Part shown: positions 18,532-27,575 of the stretch, one piece after another | How the letters are laid out: every line of letters begins with the position of its first letter | How positions within the stretch are numbered: position 1 is the stretch's first letter | Source: a bacterium | GTDB lineage: Bacteria > Patescibacteriota > Saccharimonadia > Saccharimonadales > JAGQNK01 | Assembly (NCBI GenBank): GCA_029557815.1 | Contig: JAKQHX010000025.1 | Location: forward strand, 1-49,324 | Reading direction: 5' to 3' | Length of the DNA: 49,324 bases | Notes under the pieces: model-generated | Told to the model about the DNA's origin: nothing | What the model saw: only the letters and a program-made list of their open reading frames with translations | Databases searched by the model: none | Program-made: the position numbers and the translations under genes

Positions 18532-19089
18532 GTGGAAAGAACTTTGATCATTCTCAAGCCAGATACAGTACAGCGGGCTATAGCAGGCGAGATTATAACT
18601 CGATTTGAAAGAGTGGGATTAAAAATCATTGGTATGAAAATGATGATCCCTGAAATGGAGTTGCTCCGTAACCACTATCCTGATGATCTCATACCTATTG
18701 TCGGTAATAAGACCAAAGAAGACTGGGATAATTATGGTGTAGAGTACAGTGAATCTATAGAGGAAATAGGTAAGGTCATCGTCGAGGCCACACGTGATTT
18801 TATGAAAAGTGCACCAGTTATCGCAATGGTCCTAGAGGGTAGTCAGGCAGTTGAAATCGTGCGAAAGATGGTAGGTAAAACTGGACCAAAAGATTCTCCG
18901 CCAGGCACCATTAGGGGCGATTATGCGCATCTGAGTCTAGGAAGAGCCTCGCTGAGAAAAAAAGGTGCGGCGAACATCCTGCATGCGTCTGGTACCGTCA
19001 AGGAGGCTGAGCATGAGATCAAGATGTGGTTCGATGACAACGAGCTTTTTGAGTACAAAACAGTCCACGAGCAATTGACACAGGTTTAG
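18532..19089 (+). CDS. ndk: Nucleoside diphosphate kinase
   Basis: ERTLIILKPD, PGTIRGD, NILHASG (catalytic His); likely GTG start at 18532. Confidence 0.93.
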   Translation: MERTLIILKPDTVQRAIAGEIITRFERVGLKIIGMKMMIPEMELLRNHYPDDLIPIVGNKTKEDWDNYGVEYSESIEEIGKVIVEATRDFMKSAPVIAMVLEGSQAVEIVRKMVGKTGPKDSPPGTIRGDYAHLSLGRASLRKKGAANILHASGTVKEAEHEIKMWFDDNELFEYKTVHEQLTQV

Positions 19090-19107
19090 CAATAAATTCG
19101 TTCGCAA

Positions 19108-19142
19108 AGAATAATACCCCATTTGTTATGGGGTATTATTCT
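19108..19142. terminator. Bidirectional terminator hairpin between ndk and tRNA-Arg
   Basis: AGAATAATACCCCAT-TTGTT-ATGGGGTATTATTCT 15-bp inverted repeat between convergent genes. Confidence 0.8.
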
Positions 19143-19218
19143 GGTGATCCGGGAGGGATTCGAACCCCCGACGCCCGCCTTAGGACGGCGGCGCTCTATC
19201 CAGCTGAGCTACCGGACC
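19142..19218 (-). tRNA. tRNA-Arg(CCT)
   Basis: Full cloverleaf: anticodon stem CCGCC/GGCGG, loop GT-CCT-AA, TTCGAAT T-loop, encoded CCA. Confidence 0.93.
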
Positions 19219-19263
19219 TCAACTAAAGTATAAGTATACTCATAATTGGGGTAAAATAAACAT

Positions 19264-19842
19264 ATGGCCAAGGAAAAAACAGAAAACGAAGTGCCAAAAC
19301 AGTTTCCTGATCAGCTCGATGACGAAGAAGTTTTGCTGATGTTCCGCAAGCACCCCATAGTGATGCGCAAAGGATTAGTCTTCGGCATGCTTGGGCCGCT
19401 CTTTGGCATTCTTCCGACGGCTATCTGGCCGACCCTGGGGTTCGGGTGGTTTTTTGGCGGCCTGTTCGGCGGCATTGGTCTTGGGCTGCTCATATTCTTT
19501 CCATTTTGGATAAATTGGTACTACAGCGTGTATATCGTCACTGACCTGCGGTTTATACAGATTACACAGAAAGGCCTTTTCAGCAAAAGCTTCGTTGATC
19601 TGAGTCTCAATCAGATCCAGAGCCTGAATTACGAAATAAAAGGGCTACAGGCGACACTTCTCGGTTATGGTACAATACTCGTGCAAACCTACATGGGGGA
19701 TTTGGTCATCCACGAGGTGCATCATCCGGCCAAACTATACAAACAACTCATAACGATTATGCGGGACGAAGGTATAGAGCCTGTCAAAATGACTCCCGAA
19801 ATGCAAGAAGAGGAAGCATTAGATCTTGAAGAAGAAGCTTAG
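19264..19842 (+). CDS. PH-domain-containing membrane protein (bPH-like)
   Basis: RKHP, two TM helices, YIVTDLR, LLGYGTILVQT. Confidence 0.75.
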   Translation: MAKEKTENEVPKQFPDQLDDEEVLLMFRKHPIVMRKGLVFGMLGPLFGILPTAIWPTLGFGWFFGGLFGGIGLGLLIFFPFWINWYYSVYIVTDLRFIQITQKGLFSKSFVDLSLNQIQSLNYEIKGLQATLLGYGTILVQTYMGDLVIHEVHHPAKLYKQLITIMRDEGIEPVKMTPEMQEEEALDLEEEA

Positions 19843-20896
19843 GAATCTGGTAAACAAACGTCCCAGGCGCAAGCAGGAGCCGGAGCTCCAGGATAGCGCA
19901 CCGCGTATCACGAACGAAACGGTGGCGGCGCATCGTGAAGAGGTGCTTGGCACCGCCCGTAAATACATCTACCCATTACAGCACTCCAAGCACCGTATCG
20001 TGCTGATTTCGACAGGCCTGTTCATCGTAACGATAGTAGCGTTCTTTACGTACTCTACGCTTGCCCTCTATAAATTCCAGTCCAGTTCAACGTTTTTATA
20101 CCGTGTCACGCAAGTCTTCCCATTCCCGATAGCCCGTGCTGGTGGACGTTTCGTCTCATATGAGAACTACCTGTTTGAGCTTCGGCACTACACGCACTAC
20201 TACGAGAACCAGCTTGATACGGATTTTTCCGACCCTAAGAATGCGCCTCAGCTCGAAGACTTCAAGCGTCGCGCTCTGGACAAAGTCGTAAACGATACCT
20301 ATGTCAAGCTGCTCGCCGAGCAACACAACATTAGTGTCAGCGCGCAAGAAGTTGATGATCAGATAACCATCGTGCGTAACCAGAACCGGCTTGGTGGTAA
20401 TGAGCAGGTGTTTGAGGACGTGCTAAAAGACTACTGGGGTTGGTCAGTCAACGACTTCAAGCGTTCATTGCGCCAGGAATTACTCGCCCAAAAGGTAGCG
20501 GCTACTTTGGATACAGAAACCAAGACCCAGGCAGAAACGGCGCTCGCCGAGATCCGTCGTGGTGCCAAGTTCGCGGATGTAGCCAAAAAATATTCGGATG
20601 ACAACCGTACGAAAGGCAATGGCGGAGAGTTGCCAGGGTTAGTGGAGCGCACCGACCGTGACCTGTCGGCGCAGACCACGGATGCGCTCTTTCGGCTGAA
20701 GAAAGGCCACGTATCGGGTATCGTGAACACCGGTTATGCTCTGGAGATTCTCAAAAACCTTGATACCGAAGGGGACAAAATCAAGGCCGCTCATATACTG
20801 TTCCAGTTCAAAGACATTTCTGAATACATAAATGACCTCAAAGACAAAAAGGGAACCCGTCTGTATATCTCACTCGGTGAGACACCAAAACCATAG
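19826..20896 (+). CDS. PrsA/SurA-like parvulin foldase
   Basis: TM anchor, SurA N-domain, FADVAKKYS..GGEL parvulin motif, AAHIL. Confidence 0.85.
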   Translation: MKKKLRNLVNKRPRRKQEPELQDSAPRITNETVAAHREEVLGTARKYIYPLQHSKHRIVLISTGLFIVTIVAFFTYSTLALYKFQSSSTFLYRVTQVFPFPIARAGGRFVSYENYLFELRHYTHYYENQLDTDFSDPKNAPQLEDFKRRALDKVVNDTYVKLLAEQHNISVSAQEVDDQITIVRNQNRLGGNEQVFEDVLKDYWGWSVNDFKRSLRQELLAQKVAATLDTETKTQAETALAEIRRGAKFADVAKKYSDDNRTKGNGGELPGLVERTDRDLSAQTTDALFRLKKGHVSGIVNTGYALEILKNLDTEGDKIKAAHILFQFKDISEYINDLKDKKGTRLYISLGETPKP

Positions 20897-20987
20897 GTTG
20901 GACAGACGACTGTCGGAGTCACCAGCCTACCCGGAACCAGTAGTAAAGCATACTACACAGCGTGTACTTACTCATGCAGCGACAGGG

Positions 20988-21278
20988 CTATACGGTCTCA
21001 CCAGGAGGAATGTAGAACTTGTGATCTAGCCCCGGGGCACGGGTCGTGAGCTCAATCTGCTGTTCCTCTGTGAGGCTGAGTGGCTCCCGTCCGTCTTTTA
21101 GGAACAAACAAACATCGTCGATGATGCCTTCGCAGCTTGTTCTGCCTAGTAGCTCCGCTTTGGGAAAGTCACACCTGAAAGTCCCTCCAGCGTTCCAAAA
21201 GAGACAGTTTCTCCCCAGGTTTTCTTCCTTTGGGTAGTGGGTCTCTCTGCCTTCGGGATTTGTGGCTCCGTTCGTCAT
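20988..21278 (-). CDS. Hypothetical protein with four Cys
   Basis: 96 aa from ATG 21278, preceded by a -10-like hexamer 7 nt upstream. Confidence 0.55.
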   Translation of the reverse strand: MTNGATNPEGRETHYPKEENLGRNCLFWNAGGTFRCDFPKAELLGRTSCEGIIDDVCLFLKDGREPLSLTEEQQIELTTRAPGLDHKFYIPPGETV

Positions 21279-21346
21279 AGTACTGATAATGTCACTATGC
21301 ACGGCAGCTGTCCACAGTCCACCCACCTTTACAGGACCAGTAGGCC

Positions 21347-21997
21347 TTAAGGGTCGAATTCTAATTTTTGCTCGAGTTTACTCGCATCTATTTCAATGCC
21401 GTGCTTGGTGAGTGAGATCATACCGGCTTTTTCCAACTTATGAAGCTCTCGGCTGACCGTTTCTCTGGCGAGCCCGCTCCGAGCGGCCAGGGTATGCTGC
21501 TTTATGTTCACGAGCCTTCTGCTATCATCTATTTCGGTCCCAAAGCGATAGGCTTCTATGAGGAGCTCAAAAATCAAGCGGCTTGCCGCAACGCCGCTCG
21601 TTGCCAGTACCAGTCGTTTCAATAGCGCGTCTGTGCCTCTGTATACCCGGCTCAAAAGGTCAAGCATTACCTCAGGGTTCTGCAGTAAAAAAGCTATGGT
21701 CTTGTCAGCATCGGCCCGCTGTAACTTCACATCTGTTGAGGCGATATAAAAATAAGTATTTGGCGTTTTGTTGATTGCCCACGACATTGGAAAAAACGCT
21801 GGCGGCCGAAAAATATTAACGGTTATTCTGTTGCCTTCCGGAGTGATGTCGTACTGTTCAACCACGCCGTCAACCAGAAACGAAATACCTTCCGGTTCTT
21901 GGCCGGCGTGCGTTATTATCTCGCCCTTGGCATATGCTTTTACATCGCTGGAACCGAAGTGACTCCGCAACTTGTCTGATATTCGGCGCTGATTCAT
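21347..21997 (-). CDS. Crp/Fnr-family transcriptional regulator
   Basis: cNMP-binding-like N-domain, HTH recognition helix GLARETVSR. Confidence 0.92.
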   Translation of the reverse strand: MNQRRISDKLRSHFGSSDVKAYAKGEIITHAGQEPEGISFLVDGVVEQYDITPEGNRITVNIFRPPAFFPMSWAINKTPNTYFYIASTDVKLQRADADKTIAFLLQNPEVMLDLLSRVYRGTDALLKRLVLATSGVAASRLIFELLIEAYRFGTEIDDSRRLVNIKQHTLAARSGLARETVSRELHKLEKAGMISLTKHGIEIDASKLEQKLEFDP

Positions 21998-22025
21998 CGT
22001 ATAATAATCGTTATGGTTTTCTAAT

Positions 22026-22071
22026 AAACGTGACTGGAGTCACATATTTATTCTACATTCCAAGTTAGTAT
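22026..22071 (+). promoter_or_regulatory. CRP/FNR-type site plus -10 element (class II geometry)
   Basis: AAACGTGA-CTGGAG-TCACATAT (22026..22047) versus consensus AAATGTGA-N6-TCACATTT; TAGTAT at 22066..22071. Confidence 0.75.
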
Positions 22072-22107
22072 AAGGGTAATCTAAAAGAAGCGCTGAAAGG
22101 AATCCAA

Positions 22108-22650
22108 ATGGCAAAGGCGGTAACAAAAACTCAAAACCAGGCAGTCAATAAAGTATTTATGTACTTGTCGGCAATAGCTGCAGGGGCACTCTTAGTAGTA
22201 GGTGGCCTCGCACTCTGGGCACATAACTTTACGAGTAATATGGTCAAGACTGAACTGGCCGCCCAAAAAATATACTTCCCGGCCAAAGGCAGCCCGGCGC
22301 TCGATCCTGCAACATATCCTGATCTGCAGCAGTATGCCGGACAGCTTGTAGATACACCCGAAAAGGCCAAAGCCTATGCCAATGAGTACATCGGCGAGCA
22401 CCTGAAGCAGGTTGCGAACGGCAAGGTGTATGCCGAAATCAGCACAGAGGCCAGGAAGGATCCGGAGAACAAAGAACTTCAAGAGCAGAAGCAAACACTG
22501 TTCCAGGGCGAAACACTGCGCGGCATACTACTTACGAGCGGGTATGGTTTCGGCACCGTAGGCAACATAGCCGGCATCGCGGCTTACATTGCCTTTGCCG
22601 CAAGCGGTGCCATGGCGCTTTTGGCAGTATTTTTCCGCACGCGAATATAA
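22108..22650 (+). CDS. Conserved membrane protein with N- and C-terminal TM helices
   Basis: 180 aa; TLFQGETLRGILL segment recalls an actinobacterial hypothetical family. Confidence 0.75.
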   Translation: MAKAVTKTQNQAVNKVFMYLSAIAAGALLVVGGLALWAHNFTSNMVKTELAAQKIYFPAKGSPALDPATYPDLQQYAGQLVDTPEKAKAYANEYIGEHLKQVANGKVYAEISTEARKDPENKELQEQKQTLFQGETLRGILLTSGYGFGTVGNIAGIAAYIAFAASGAMALLAVFFRTRI

Positions 22651-22659
22651 AAAATCGAC

Positions 22660-23271
22660 ATGTTTCATATACGCAAAGAAGCACTGACTCTCAACAAGCT
22701 CCTGCCGTACCTGCTGATTGGCGCCGGCATAATCGGCTGTATCGCATCGTTTGCCTTGACATATGACAAGGTGCAAATCCTACAAAATGCGAACTATGAC
22801 CCGTCGTGTAACATTAACCCGATATTTAGTTGCGGCTCGGTCATGAAGACAGAGCAGGCGAGCTTACTCGGCGTACCAAACTCTATTTTTGGCTTGGTTG
22901 CGTACAGTATGTTGCTTACGTTTGGTGTATTGCTCGCAGGTGGTGCAAAGGTTAAGAGGTGGGTTTGGCTTGGCGCACAACTAGCAGCAACAGTTGGCGT
23001 GGTGTTCATGCACTATCTGTTTTTCCAGGGTGTTTACAGGATTAATGCAATCTGTCCCTGGTGTTTTACCGTATGGATGGTGACCATACCTGTCTTCTGG
23101 TACATCACCCTATATAATATCGGCGAGAAAAACATACGCGTGCCCAAAGGCATGGAACGGGCTGCTGTGTTTGTGCGCAAATACCATGGTGAAGTACTGG
23201 TAGTATGGTATCTGGTTATATTCGCCATCCTTTTGCAGCACTTTTGGTACTACTGGTCGACATTGCTGTAG
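22660..23271 (+). CDS. Vitamin K epoxide reductase (VKOR) family protein
   Basis: CNINPIFSC, GVPNS, CPWC active site, multiple TM helices. Confidence 0.93.
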   Translation: MFHIRKEALTLNKLLPYLLIGAGIIGCIASFALTYDKVQILQNANYDPSCNINPIFSCGSVMKTEQASLLGVPNSIFGLVAYSMLLTFGVLLAGGAKVKRWVWLGAQLAATVGVVFMHYLFFQGVYRINAICPWCFTVWMVTIPVFWYITLYNIGEKNIRVPKGMERAAVFVRKYHGEVLVVWYLVIFAILLQHFWYYWSTLL

Positions 23272-23317
23272 CCAGGTGTGTTAAGCGAAAATATAGGACA
23301 GGTGTGGGGCTCTACTA

Positions 23318-23500
23318 CTAGGACTGCGGAAGTTCAATCCGTACGGCCTGAGAGATAAGACCATTAAGTACAACGCGCGTCAATCTTTCATCTTGGGGTA
23401 GGCTAGGTCTTATTTTTAGTAACTGCGAGCTAGCCTCGTATCTTTCGTTGCGGAACCAGGCCTGTAAGTCCGGGGGTCGAACAACTTCATTAGCTTGCAC
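23318..23500 (-). CDS. Small hypothetical protein
   Basis: 60 aa; GTG start 7 nt after an extended -10 TGaTATCAT, the leaderless pattern seen across the window. Confidence 0.4.
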   Translation of the reverse strand: MQANEVVRPPDLQAWFRNERYEASSQLLKIRPSLPQDERLTRVVLNGLISQAVRIELPQS

Positions 23501-23571
23501 TACTTCTATGATATCACTACTTTCAGTGACTTATCGGGGCATTGAGTCAGATTTCCGAGCCGCTTAACTTT

Positions 23572-23904
23572 TTACGAATCACTACTACCTTTTTGCCTGG
23601 TAATGGGCGGCTCGGCTGGCAGTATCTCGTTAGGGATAGGTTGCATTATGGGGTTCTCGTCAGTGTGCGAAGCCTCTTCCATCACGCGAGCGGTAACAAC
23701 GTCCCCAAGGGCGTCTAGGTAAACCTCATCACCAGGGGTTGCAAGCTCTCTGGCGTCTGAAAGGCGCCGCTGTTGCTCTTCGTATTCAATGCGTCTCATA
23801 TCCTCCGGCGAGAGTGGGGGCGTAACCATGGAGCGCACTACCAAAGACGCGTCTATCTTTAGTCGGTCTCTTAATGTGGTTTTCTTTTCTGTTGGAGTTT
23901 CCAT
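23572..23904 (-). CDS. Hypothetical acidic protein
   Basis: 110 aa from METPTEKK; TGcTATTAT 7 nt upstream of ATG. Confidence 0.6.
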   Translation of the reverse strand: METPTEKKTTLRDRLKIDASLVVRSMVTPPLSPEDMRRIEYEEQQRRLSDARELATPGDEVYLDALGDVVTARVMEEASHTDENPIMQPIPNEILPAEPPITRQKGSSDS

Positions 23905-23960
23905 ACTACTGATAATAGCATATAAAATAATATATGTCAATAGCTGGTGATTGCAATTGA

Positions 23961-24294
23961 GACCGGATGACTGCATGTCTGCGTCTGTCCTCGGGATACA
24001 CTCATGTGGCCAAGCTTGCCGACCGAACCGGCGATCTGCTTACTGCATTCGCTCAGATTGCCTCGCTTCAAACCAATTAGGCAACAGAATTAAAAAACCA
24101 CCCGTTGGGTGATTTCCTAATTCTGGCGGGCCCGACCGGATTATTCTATATAACCTGCAGCCATGCTCGGAGCAAGCTCCTGTGCGTGGCTTTGCTTATC
24201 GAACCGCTTTTGCTGGCGCAAAAGACTCGGTTCGGATCACAAGCACGTTCATCAATAGAAAAAGCCCCAGACTTACAGTCTGAGACTTTTTCTA
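23961..24294 (-). repeat. Two ~172-bp structured repeats containing tRNA-Asp 3' sequence
   Basis: 19-bp exact copy of the tRNA 3' end at 24124..24142; GACCGGAT at 23961/24134/24305; CGAACCGGCGATCT at 24024 and 24314; each unit has a terminator-like hairpin. Confidence 0.75.
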
Positions 24295-24371
24295 TGGCGG
24301 GCCCGACCGGATTCGAACCGGCGATCTCCTCCGTGACAGGGAGGCATGTTAGGCCTCTACACCACGAGCCC
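24295..24371 (-). tRNA. tRNA-Asp(GTC)
   Basis: Cloverleaf GGGCTCG.../CGGGCCC-GCCA; anticodon loop CT-GTC-AC. Confidence 0.95.
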
Positions 24372-24500
24372 GCATTTGTCGACCAAGCTATGCTACCAAA
24401 ATATCTCTGTTTATGCAACGCGGTTCATCTGTAGACTTTTGTATAAAAACAACCAGCGCATGAATTGACGTAGGTTGTTGGTTGGCCTTATGCTCTAATT

Positions 24501-24965
24501 ATGCCAATGCCAAAAAAACCAAGGTCAAATTGCAGGAACTGTCGTCAGGTGACTGCTCGGCCATCGTACAAATATTGCAGCAACAAGTGCCAAACTGACT
24601 TCCAGTACAAATTATATATTCAGCAGTGGCTTAATGGGAAAGTCAGCGGTCTACAAAGGCTTGGTGTCGTATCGAGGTATGTTAAGCGTTATCTGCGTGA
24701 AAAGTACGACAATAAATGTTGCATTTGTGGTTGGTCAGAGGTCAATACTTTCACAGGGGTCATACCGTTGGTTGCAGACCATATTGACGGTAATTGGCAA
24801 AATAATACGGAAGACAATCTGCGTTTAATTTGCCCAAATTGTGACTCGTTGACGGCAACATATGCTGGGCTAAACAGAGGCAAGGGGAGGAAAGAAAGAG
24901 CAGTTAGTAATCGTGTCCATGTGGGGCGTAAGCTAATGAATAGAGCACATAATCAATCTGACTAA
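24501..24965 (+). CDS. HNH endonuclease with N-terminal Zn-binding motif
   Basis: CxxC...YCSNKC, then CCIC...DHIDG..N...NL...CPNC. Confidence 0.85.
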   Translation: MPMPKKPRSNCRNCRQVTARPSYKYCSNKCQTDFQYKLYIQQWLNGKVSGLQRLGVVSRYVKRYLREKYDNKCCICGWSEVNTFTGVIPLVADHIDGNWQNNTEDNLRLICPNCDSLTATYAGLNRGKGRKERAVSNRVHVGRKLMNRAHNQSD

Positions 24966-25004
24966 CAAAATAACTATATTTTGCTATAATAGCCTCTGTT
25001 TTTT

Positions 25005-25081
25005 GCCACCTTAGCTCAGTTGGCTAGAGCGCAGCTTTCGTAAAGCTGAGGTCCGGGGTTCGAGCCCCCGAGGTGGCTCCA
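25005..25081 (+). tRNA. tRNA-Thr(CGT)
   Basis: Cloverleaf, anticodon stem CAGCT/AGCTG, loop TT-CGT-AA, ends TCCA; TGcTATAAT upstream. Confidence 0.95.
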
Positions 25082-25159
25082 CTTCGCATTTACGACTTCG
25101 AAAGGATTTAAAGAGCTGAATAGCGGAGGGGACTTGTAGGCCAATCCATTACGCCTCAT

Positions 25160-25234
25160 GCGGGTATCGTATAGTGGCTAATATGCAACCTTCCCAAGGT
25201 TGAGAGCAGAGTTCGATTCTCTGTACCCGCACCA
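25160..25234 (+). tRNA. tRNA-Gly(CCC)
   Basis: Cloverleaf, stem CAACC/GGTTG, loop TT-CCC-AA, ends ACCA. Confidence 0.93.
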
Positions 25235-25273
25235 CTTTAAACTTTTGGCTTTTGATTCTATACTTACAACCAA

Positions 25274-25630
25274 ATGCACATACCAAAAAATTATTTTCAT
25301 GACCGAGTTGTAGTGTTGCTTCTTAGCGTCAACACGTTCCTGGCGCTTCTGGGAAGCGTGCTCGTACTCTTTCGGCTGGATGGTGGCGGTTCGGATGTCT
25401 ACATTGTCCAGTACCGCGCCAACCTAGGCCTTAGCGCTTTCAAGCGCGGCGGACCTGAGCCGTTAGTAAGCTTTGTAGTCTTTGGATTGCTTGTTCTGGC
25501 GGTCCATACAATTTTGAGCATCCGCGTATATCCGGTGCGGCGGCAATTTGCAGTAGCGATTCTGGCTTTGGGTACCTTGCTGCTATGTTTGTCTATCATT
25601 GTTAGTAACGCATTACTTATCCTTAGATAA
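25274..25630 (+). CDS. Small membrane protein (3 TM helices)
   Basis: 118 aa, hydrophobic; TATACT just upstream. Confidence 0.75.
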   Translation: MHIPKNYFHDRVVVLLLSVNTFLALLGSVLVLFRLDGGGSDVYIVQYRANLGLSAFKRGGPEPLVSFVVFGLLVLAVHTILSIRVYPVRRQFAVAILALGTLLLCLSIIVSNALLILR

Positions 25631-25644
25631 GTGTAGAGGCAACA

Positions 25645-27255
25645 TTGGTGAAAAGTATCGAGATTCCATATCAAAAAGACAAGGGTAAGCGCTACCGCTT
25701 TTTTGAAATGGTGCCAGGGTTGCTTAGTTGGTCGATCTTGATACTGCCGTTTATATTGAGTTGGCTGAACCCCACCCTCTGTGTCCTGCTCATCATCTCT
25801 TACTTGTTGCTGTGGTTCCTGAAGTCTGCTGGCCTGACAATTCGCTCGCTGCAAGGCTATAAGGTGATTCAAGATCAAATGAAACTGCCGTGGCCACAAA
25901 TGCTTCAGGAATTGGAAAGTCGCAAAGCGGCGCAACCGGATAAACATACTCCGGCCTGGCACTACGAAAATATTCGTCGTTTGCAAGAAAGGGGCCCGGC
26001 AGTGGAGCCGAACGATATGGTACATGCCATCATCATCGCTGCATACAACGAGACGAGAGAGGTACTCGAGCCAACTATCCAATCTGTTCTGAAGTCAGAA
26101 TATGACATGCAAAAGGTGGTGTTGGTGTTTGCATACGAAGGCAGGGACGGTGCGCAGTCAGAGCAAGCGGTTACGGAGCTCGTGTCAGAATACGGATCTA
26201 GGTTCAAGAAGACCATGGCTTTTAAGCACCCGCTGACCGAAGGCGAGGTGCGCGGCAAGGGTGGCAACATCACGTATGCCGGCCGGGAATTGGCAAAGTA
26301 TCTAGAGAAGCAAAAAATAGACCCGCTGCGGGTTATCGTTACTACGCTGGACTCTGACAATCGTCCACACAAGTACTACCTAGCCGCCTTGAGCTACCTG
26401 TACACGATGGCGCCCGATCCGGCAGTCGTATCGTTCCAACCGGTACCGATGTTTACGAACAACATCTGGGATGTCCCGGCACCGATGCGGGTGATTGCCA
26501 CCGGCAACACCTTTTGGAACGTGGTCCTGAGCCTGCGGCCGCACATGATCCGTAACTTTTCCAGCCATGCCCAGAGCATGAAGGCGCTCATTGACACTGA
26601 TTTCTGGAGCGTGCGGACGATTGTGGAAGACGGCCACCAATTCTGGCGGACGTATTTCCGTTATGACGGCAACCACGACGTGTATCCCATGTACTTGCCG
26701 ATTTACCAGGATGCGGTACTATCGAGTACTTTGCGCAAGACAATCAAGGCGCAATTCATTCAGATCCGCCGCTGGGCTTGGGGCGCATCGGATGTAGCCT
26801 ATGTCCTGGAAACGGGCTTTTTCAAACCGAATAAAGTACCAAAGTTGGATTTGACGTTTAAGTTTCTGCGGCTGCTTGAGGGGCATGTGAGCTGGGCAAC
26901 CGCGCCGCTACTACTGGCGTTTGCAGCCTTTATACCGGCATTTTTGAACACTGACGATTTCGCGTCTAACCAGCTGCCAATCATTGCCAGCCGCATCCAG
27001 ACCATCGCCTTGGCCGGCATCGTAGTAACACTGTTTTTGAGCCTCAAGTTGCTGCCGCCAAAACCCGCCCGCTATAAGCACCATCGCACGCTTTTCATGG
27101 TCTTACAATGGATTATGTTGCCAGTGACAACAATAGTATTCAACGCACTTGCGGCGCTAAACTCGCAAACCCGGTTGCTATTCGGTTGGAACCTGAACAA
27201 ATTCGATGTAACCGATAAAGCGGTCGTCAAAGAAAATAAACAGAGAGTCATGTGA
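25645..27255 (+). CDS. Membrane glycosyltransferase family 2 (processive type)
   Basis: AAYNE, GKGGN, TLDSD, IVED and QIRRW (QxxRW) motifs with flanking TM helices. Confidence 0.9.
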   Translation: MVKSIEIPYQKDKGKRYRFFEMVPGLLSWSILILPFILSWLNPTLCVLLIISYLLLWFLKSAGLTIRSLQGYKVIQDQMKLPWPQMLQELESRKAAQPDKHTPAWHYENIRRLQERGPAVEPNDMVHAIIIAAYNETREVLEPTIQSVLKSEYDMQKVVLVFAYEGRDGAQSEQAVTELVSEYGSRFKKTMAFKHPLTEGEVRGKGGNITYAGRELAKYLEKQKIDPLRVIVTTLDSDNRPHKYYLAALSYLYTMAPDPAVVSFQPVPMFTNNIWDVPAPMRVIATGNTFWNVVLSLRPHMIRNFSSHAQSMKALIDTDFWSVRTIVEDGHQFWRTYFRYDGNHDVYPMYLPIYQDAVLSSTLRKTIKAQFIQIRRWAWGASDVAYVLETGFFKPNKVPKLDLTFKFLRLLEGHVSWATAPLLLAFAAFIPAFLNTDDFASNQLPIIASRIQTIALAGIVVTLFLSLKLLPPKPARYKHHRTLFMVLQWIMLPVTTIVFNALAALNSQTRLLFGWNLNKFDVTDKAVVKENKQRVM

Positions 27256-27575
27256 TGGCCAATCTAGTGAAGCTGGTTTTTACGGTGCCCGAATCGCACG
27301 CGGAACTAACAAGACAAGCCGTTGGCGACGCTGGTGGAGGTGCCATCGGAAACTATACGCATTGTAGCTTCTCGGTAAAAGGGATCGGACGTTTCGTGCC
27401 GCGGAATGGAGCTCATCCGGCAATAGGAACCGTTGATACTCCAGAAGTTGTTGAAGAAGAGCGCGTAGAAATTACCTGTGAGCAGGCGAACCTCCCTCAG
27501 ATCATCAGTGCCTTGCGAAAAGCCCATCCTTATGAAGAACCGGCGATAGACATCTATCCGCTTATCGACGCGTAG
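27252..27575 (+). CDS. YqfO/Nif3-associated PII-like domain protein
   Basis: GAIGNYTHCSF, G.GRF.P..GAHPAIG, AHPYEEPAIDIYP. Confidence 0.85.
   Translation: MMANLVKLVFTVPESHAELTRQAVGDAGGGAIGNYTHCSFSVKGIGRFVPRNGAHPAIGTVDTPEVVEEERVEITCEQANLPQIISALRKAHPYEEPAIDIYPLIDA

Noticed and set aside
23950..24294. CRISPR array interpretation of the periodic repeats
   Set aside because: The repeats derive from tRNA, the period is ~172 bp, only two degenerate units exist and no cas genes are present.
24105..24434. ORFs 24105..24434 (+) and 24146..24418 (-)
   Set aside because: They overlap tRNA-Asp and its repeats; shadow ORFs.
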